Shown: positions 59,246-64,000 of the stretch, piece by piece
Numbering within the stretch: position 1 is the first letter of the stretch
Layout of the letters: every line of letters begins with the position of its first letter
Assembly (NCBI GenBank): GCA_034520625.1
Contig: JAXHNI010000009.1
Location: 481,494 to 545,493 of the forward strand
Direction: 5' to 3'
DNA: 64,000 bases
Source: Gammaproteobacteria bacterium
Lineage (GTDB): Bacteria > Pseudomonadota > Gammaproteobacteria > Arenicellales > JAANXG01
Made by a program: the position numbers and the translations under genes
Notes under the pieces: model-generated
Database searches by the model: none
What the model was told of the DNA's origin: nothing
What the model saw: the letters and a program-made list of their open reading frames with translations, nothing else

Positions 59246-60541
59246 ATGCGACACACCTTCACGCCCATCGCCGCCCTGTTGCTGGCCGTGGCCCTGCTGC
59301 TGATGGGCAACGGCCTGCTGGGTACCCTGATCCCGGTGCGCGGCGAGCTGGAAGCTTTCTCGACGATTTCCATCGGACTGCTGGGCTCCACCTACTTCCT
59401 GGGCTTCGCCGCGGGGTGCATATCCGCGTCCTACCTCGTTCGCCGGGTTGGGCATATACGCACCTTCACCGCGATGGCGTCCATCGTCGCCGCCGTCTCC
59501 CTGGCCCACGGCCTGATCGCCGAGCCGGTTCCCTGGTGGGGCATGCGCGCCGTCACGGGCTTCTGCTTCGCCGTCCTGTACATCGTCATCGAGAGCTGGC
59601 TCAACGAGCGCGCCACCAACGAGACGCGCGGCACCATCCTGTCCGCGTATCTCATCATCAATCTCACGGTCATCACCCTGGGCCAGATGATGATGACGCT
59701 GTCGGACCCCGCCGGACTCACCCTGTTCGCCCTGGCATCAATGCTGGTCTCCGCCGCCGTGGTGCCGGTTGCGCTCAGCGCCGCGGCCGCCCCGCAGCCC
59801 ATACAGTCCGTGCACGTACGGATCCCGAAGCTGGTGCGGACGTCGCCCATTGCTTTCGCCGCCTGCCTGGGGGTGGGCCTGGCCAACGGCGCGTTCTGGA
59901 CCCTCGCGCCCCTGTTCGTGAGGGGGTCGGGCTTCGACGTCACCGCGGTGGCCCTGTTCATGAGCGCCACGGTGCTGGGGGGCGCCGCCGCCCAGTGGCC
60001 GCTCGGCCGCCTGTCCGATGTCGTGGACCGCGGCCGGGTGATCGTGGGCATGTCCGCGTTGTCGATCCTGCTGAGCGCTCTGGTGATCCTCTCCACGAAC
60101 TGGTCGCTGAATTGGGTGCTCGCCGCCACCGCCGCCTGGGGGGCGTTCGCCTTTCCGCTTTATGCCGTGGCGGTCGCCCAGGCCAACGATTACGCCTGGC
60201 CCGAGGAGTTCGTGGAGACGTCCAGCGGCCTGCTTCTGATCTACGCCGCCGGGGCCATCGTGGGCCCGATGGTGGCCACGGCCTTCATGGATGCGTTCAC
60301 GGCGAACGGCCTGTACGGCTTCATCGCATCGGTCCACGTCGTGCTGGTGGTGTTCGCTTGCTGGCAGCTCAAGCGCCCGCGGCCGCTGGCGGACGCGGCA
60401 CAGGTGCCATTTACCGACGCGCTCCAGGCTTCCCAGACCGTGTCGTCGACCTTCGACGCCGAGATCCAGGAAACCCTCGTCCACGCCGAGGAGGAAGCCC
60501 ACGAACACGACCCGCCGGAAGCGGAGGAACCGTCATCCTGA
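59246..60541 (+). CDS. MFS transporter
   Basis: The product is 431 aa with about 12 TM helices. The MFS loop motif is YLVRRVGHIR. Confidence 0.85.
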   Translation: MRHTFTPIAALLLAVALLLMGNGLLGTLIPVRGELEAFSTISIGLLGSTYFLGFAAGCISASYLVRRVGHIRTFTAMASIVAAVSLAHGLIAEPVPWWGMRAVTGFCFAVLYIVIESWLNERATNETRGTILSAYLIINLTVITLGQMMMTLSDPAGLTLFALASMLVSAAVVPVALSAAAAPQPIQSVHVRIPKLVRTSPIAFAACLGVGLANGAFWTLAPLFVRGSGFDVTAVALFMSATVLGGAAAQWPLGRLSDVVDRGRVIVGMSALSILLSALVILSTNWSLNWVLAATAAWGAFAFPLYAVAVAQANDYAWPEEFVETSSGLLLIYAAGAIVGPMVATAFMDAFTANGLYGFIASVHVVLVVFACWQLKRPRPLADAAQVPFTDALQASQTVSSTFDAEIQETLVHAEEEAHEHDPPEAEEPSS

Positions 60542-60598
60542 CCCCTGTGGGGCAGGCTTCTGTGGGTCAGGCTTTATGCCTGACTCAACGCCGCACCA

Positions 60599-60922
60599 TC
60601 AGGCCAGAACGCGGCGGGTCCAGTACGTGATCAGGGGCAGGATGACCACGGTCGGGGCGATCCAGAGGATGAATGCCGGCTCGAGGGTGAAGTTGGTCAC
60701 CACGAAGGCCGTGACCGCGGCGATGGTTGCACCCAGCATCATGCCGAGGTGGCTCGCGATGCGCTGCTTGCCCGTGTACTCGCCCTTGCGATAGGCGTCG
60801 AGGTCGAGCCAGCTCAGGGTCAGCCCCAGGCCGCCGAACACCAGCAGGGTGATGCCGTTCAGGTCGCTGCCGAAGATCATGGCCGCGCCAAACCCGATCA
60901 TCCCCAGCGCCGCCGCCATCAT
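60599..60922 (-). CDS. small multi-TM membrane protein (possibly the 3' part of a frameshifted gene reaching 61010)
   Basis: The hydrophobic product is MMAAALGMIGFGAAMIFG...ILWIAPTVVILPLITYW. An N-terminal TM-like segment, MPTEDTVFLVLLSAHIIAGFV, is encoded in another frame starting at 61010. Confidence 0.45.
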   Translation of the reverse strand: MMAAALGMIGFGAAMIFGSDLNGITLLVFGGLGLTLSWLDLDAYRKGEYTGKQRIASHLGMMLGATIAAVTAFVVTNFTLEPAFILWIAPTVVILPLITYWTRRVLA

Positions 60923-61133
60923 CAGTCCGGCGGCGGCCTTGTCCTGCCACGAAACCGGCGATAATATGAGCGCTGAGCAGGACGAGAAACACGGTGTCCT
61001 CGGTGGGCATGACTGTCTTCCCGGGTCTTGTCGGAATCGGATTGTGCAACGGAAAAGGAAACACCCCTCGCATGCGGATTGTACGCGACACACAACGCGC
61101 ATTCGAGGCGACAGGGCACGCCCGGATCGGGGG

Positions 61134-61589
61134 CTACAGGGTCCGGGTCATGAAAACACTGTTCGGATCCTCCCGGTAGTCGGCGAACGGCTCGCAGTAT
61201 TCGAAGCCGTGCTTGAGGTATAGCCGCCGAGCGGGCTCAAAGTAGGGCATCGAGCCCGTTTCCAGGCTCAGGCGGCGAACTCCGCGGGCCCGCGCCTCGC
61301 TCATCATGTGCTGCAGCAGCAGCGAGCCGACGCCTTGCTGGGTGTATCCGGGTGCCGTGCGCATGGACTTGATCTCGGCGTGGCCCGGCTCGAGCTCCTT
61401 GAGCGCCCCGCAGCCGGCCAGGGTGGACCCGTCCCGAACTGTCCAGAAGGCGACATCCGGTTGACGTAGCCCGTCGAGCTCCAGCGCATGGGCGCTTTCG
61501 ATGGGCGTCACCGACCTCATCTCGGTGACGTGTTCCTGGAGGAATGCGGCGATCTCTGCGCTCGACAGGTCATCGACCACAATTTTCAT
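61134..61589 (-). CDS. GNAT family N-acetyltransferase
   Basis: The product is 151 aa. The acetyl-CoA motif is QQGVGSLLL...ARARG. The C-terminus is YLKHGFEYCEPF. The ATG at 61589 overlaps the upstream stop (ATGA). Confidence 0.85.
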   Translation of the reverse strand: MKIVVDDLSSAEIAAFLQEHVTEMRSVTPIESAHALELDGLRQPDVAFWTVRDGSTLAGCGALKELEPGHAEIKSMRTAPGYTQQGVGSLLLQHMMSEARARGVRRLSLETGSMPYFEPARRLYLKHGFEYCEPFADYREDPNSVFMTRTL

Positions 61590-61867
61590 AGGGAAAACCA
61601 CAGCGCCAGAAACAACGCGCCCGGCAACACGAAAAAGAACGTCGCATACCGCCAGCGCAGGCCCTTGATGAATGCCGCGATGCGCTCCCGCCGGGATGCC
61701 TCGATTTCGTGCAGCCACCGATCCGGTGACGTGAGCAGCATGCGCGATCGAAGGCCGGTGGAGCAGGACTCGACGGCTTTCCACTCCGGCTTCATACGGA
61801 TCGCCCATCCCGCGAAGTACGCGCCGAACACCACCCAGAGCGCGAATATGAGGTAGACCAGTGTCAT
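61586..61867 (-). CDS. hypothetical small membrane protein (2 TM)
   Basis: The product is 93 aa with terminal hydrophobic helices. It is translationally coupled to the GNAT gene. Confidence 0.5.
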   Translation of the reverse strand: MTLVYLIFALWVVFGAYFAGWAIRMKPEWKAVESCSTGLRSRMLLTSPDRWLHEIEASRRERIAAFIKGLRWRYATFFFVLPGALFLALWFSL

Positions 61868-61889
61868 GGTGCTCCGTGCAGCCGGCCGG

Positions 61890-61961
61890 TCAGGACTGCT
61901 GCATCCCCTCGCCGCGCTCGAACGCGGCGTAGTTCCGCTGGACTGTGTCGAGATTGCTCAT
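61890..61961 (-). CDS. 23-codon ORF with strong SD (SnoaL/NTF2-like N-terminal stub or upstream ORF)
   Basis: GGGAGGA lies 7 nt upstream of the ATG. The product is MSNLDTVQRNYAAFERGEGMQQS*. The first 17 residues resemble the start of NTF2/SnoaL-like proteins. Confidence 0.3.
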   Translation of the reverse strand: MSNLDTVQRNYAAFERGEGMQQS

Positions 61962-62062
61962 GACGAAATCCTCCCTTGCTGACTGATGGTGCTCGAGGCC
62001 CCGGGCACTGCAGGGCCTTTTTCAGTATGGCAGGTCGTGAAAATTCCGGGGGATTGTGTGGG

Positions 62063-62884
62063 TCACGGCTCGAGCAGCGCGGACAGCCCGGGCAGGGGAA
62101 TGCCCTCGATCTCCGAGGTCCAGCGTTCGCCGGGCTGAATGGGATACGCTGCCGTGAGGGTGCCCGTGGTCACCAGCTCGCCCGCCTGCAGCGGTGGGTA
62201 CTGCGGCTGCGCGGCGAGGGCGGCGACCAGGTGTGCGACGGCGGCCATCGGACCGCCCAGGACGTTGGCGCCCCGGCCGGTCTCCATTGCCTCGCCGTCG
62301 CGGAGCAGGGTGACTGAAAATGATTCCAGCGCCTCGACCGGGTCCGTGCCCAGCCGGTCGATGGGTAGCTGCTCCCCCACCAGCAGGGCGCCGTGCAGTG
62401 CGCAGTTGGCGACGGTGTCGGGTGCCTGGAACCGCCAGCCGGGATAGTGCGACTGCACGATCTCGAACGTGTGCGCCACCCAGTCCACGCAGTCGAGGAT
62501 CGCCGACAGGTCGCTGTCCGCCGGCGGCGCCGCGGAGAAATGAACCGCGATCTCCGGCTCGATCTTCGGCTCGGCGAAGGCACCGATCGGGCACGTGAAG
62601 CGCCCGTTCCCGGCGTGCACCACGGTGGTGTCGTAAAGATATCCCCACACCGGCGCATGCACGCCGTACTTCGGCCAGATGCTCGAGTTGGTAAAGCCGA
62701 TCTTCCTGCCCACGGCCACGGCGCCTTCGGCGAGCCGCGCCTCGTGGATCCGGTGCGCCACCTCGTAGGCATCGGCGAGCCCGAATCCGCTGGCCTGCGA
62801 AGTGATCGGCTCGAGCTGCCGGTTCTCGTCCCGCGCTGTCTTGATGCGCTGGGCGATCTTGTCGAGGTCTGTCTGGGAGGTCAT
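62063..62884 (-). CDS. 2-keto-4-pentenoate hydratase-like (FAH-fold hydratase/decarboxylase family)
   Basis: The product is 273 aa from ATG 62884. The MhpD/HpcG-like pattern is [12 protein letters not shown]...EPEIAV...[10 protein letters not shown]. Confidence 0.7.
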   Translation of the reverse strand: MTSQTDLDKIAQRIKTARDENRQLEPITSQASGFGLADAYEVAHRIHEARLAEGAVAVGRKIGFTNSSIWPKYGVHAPVWGYLYDTTVVHAGNGRFTCPIGAFAEPKIEPEIAVHFSAAPPADSDLSAILDCVDWVAHTFEIVQSHYPGWRFQAPDTVANCALHGALLVGEQLPIDRLGTDPVEALESFSVTLLRDGEAMETGRGANVLGGPMAAVAHLVAALAAQPQYPPLQAGELVTTGTLTAAYPIQPGERWTSEIEGIPLPGLSALLEP

Positions 62885-63139
62885 ACCGGGTGCCGGATTT
62901 GCGTGGCCGCCCATCCTAATCGATTTTCCGCCCAACCTGAATTTCCCGGTGCACCCCTCGATTGGACATTCCAACCCCTGCCGTGTCGCCGGCACGCGTT
63001 GTCATGCCCGCCGGGTGGAAAGCCCGGGATTTTGTGTTCTAATTCACTGTACTACGGCTTTGGCGGCCCCGGGGCGCGCATTTCACTTCCTGTCATGCGG
63101 TTGTCCGGGTGGAAGATCGATACGAGCCCGGGAGGAGCG

Positions 63140-64000
63140 GTGCAGTCTCCGAACATACTGGTAATTCCGGCGTACGTGCTGGTCATCGATGACGACAGTG
63201 ATCGCTTGAAGGCACTGCGGGACCGGCTTCAGGGTGTGTTCCGTGAGCACGACCAGGTTCTTGCCCTGGATTCCGGGGAATGGCTCGACACCAACCGGGA
63301 GCTGATGCAGCGCGTTCCGGTCCAGACTGTTCTGGTGGGGCGCTGGTCCGGCTGGGAACAGGCCGGGATCCGGCAGTCGCTGGTGGACTCCTATCCCGAT
63401 ATCCCGTTCTATTTCATCGACGGGGACGGCGAGCCCGGCCGGGACGGAGCGCCGGCGATGGATTTTGCAGCGATGAACCCGATCAATTCCCGGATCCGCC
63501 GGATCCTTCGCGACATCGACGCGCCGGGGGCGGATAATGACGGCGCACCGGCCGGTTCACCGCCGGACAACGACCGGCCCGTCTGGCTGTTTCGCGGCCT
63601 GTCCGGCACCAGCGCCGCGATACAGAGCGTTCGCAACGACATCACGCTGGTGGCCGCCAGCGATTCCACGGTACTGATTACGGGCGCCGCCGGCACGGGC
63701 AAGGAGATCGCCGCCCGCAATATCCATTTTCAGTCGCCCCGGCGCCTCAAGCCCTTCGTCCCCGTCGACTGCGGTGCCGGATCGTCGGACCAGCTCGAGC
63801 GCGACCTCTTTGGCCACGACGACAACGGCGCCGACCCGGGCGGCCGGGGGCGCTTCGAGCTGGCGGACGGCGGCACCTTGTTTCTCGGTGATATCGGCGC
63901 CATGTCGCTGGCCATGCAGTTCAAGCTGTTGCGGGTTCTCCGGGAGCGGACGTTCGAGCGTGTCGAAGGCGGCATGCCCCGCGTAGTCAATGTCCGGATC
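63140..64000 (+). CDS. FleQ/VpsR-like AAA+ enhancer-binding-protein homologue with degenerate GAFTGA and Walker B (partial, runs off window end)
   Basis: The GTG start is preceded by GGGAGGAG. It has a FleQ-type N-terminal domain and LFRGLSGTS. Walker A is [26 protein letters not shown] replaces [22 protein letters not shown] replaces [23 protein letters not shown] is present. The gene is not in the ORF track because no stop codon lies in the window. Confidence 0.75.
   Translation, partial: MQSPNILVIPAYVLVIDDDSDRLKALRDRLQGVFREHDQVLALDSGEWLDTNRELMQRVPVQTVLVGRWSGWEQAGIRQSLVDSYPDIPFYFIDGDGEPGRDGAPAMDFAAMNPINSRIRRILRDIDAPGADNDGAPAGSPPDNDRPVWLFRGLSGTSAAIQSVRNDITLVAASDSTVLITGAAGTGKEIAARNIHFQSPRRLKPFVPVDCGAGSSDQLERDLFGHDDNGADPGGRGRFELADGGTLFLGDIGAMSLAMQFKLLRVLRERTFERVEGGMPRVVNVRI

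Noticed and set aside
62991-63004. Sigma-54 promoter-like GGCACG-N4-TGTC upstream of the FleQ-like gene.
   Set aside because: The -12 element is TGTC, not TTGC, and the spacing is off by one. There is no supporting enhancer-like repeat. The match is too weak to call.

Overview
High-GC (roughly 65%) gene-dense chromosomal segment. Its synteny is typical of a gammaproteobacterium: ftsY-ftsE-ftsX-rpoH, and histidine kinase-algR-hemC-hemD-hemX-hemY lying divergent from argH. I support about 63 protein-coding genes, most of them housekeeping. They include argD-argF, rsmD-coaD, mutM, lptM-lysA, aroE, gor, prlC, proXVW, xthA, sodC, a polar amino-acid ABC operon, an L,D-transpeptidase and an MFS transporter. 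I found no rRNA, tRNA, CRISPR array, transposase or integrase. No obvious defence-island-like novel multigene system is visible. The observations most worth follow-up are these. (1) A perfect CIRCE (HrcA operator) sits in the rpoH leader. (2) A roughly 240-bp nested imperfect palindrome splits the normally tight ftsY-ftsE junction. (3) An orphan minus-strand intrinsic terminator follows about 230 nt of structured non-coding sequence between the kinase genes and argH, a candidate sRNA with an anti-SD loop. (4) Two tandem AlgZ/FimS-type kinases lie upstream of one LytTR regulator, and one of them has a degenerate N-box. (5) A solitary dynamin-like GTPase lies downstream of mutM. (6) An OxyR module combines a near-consensus OxyR operator, a Prx5-Grx hybrid, an uncharacterised periplasmic CXXCH protein and oxyR. 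(7) An 11-kb molybdoenzyme island runs xdhC, sufS-like, sufU-like, moeA, then form-II coxS-L-M, coxD, coxE, coxG, mocA. (8) Three decayed gene remnants lie between 53 and 62 kb. (9) A FleQ/VpsR-like regulator with degenerate GAFTGA and Walker B motifs runs off the window end. All functional calls rest on motifs I recognise by eye in the translations. No database search or folding program was run.
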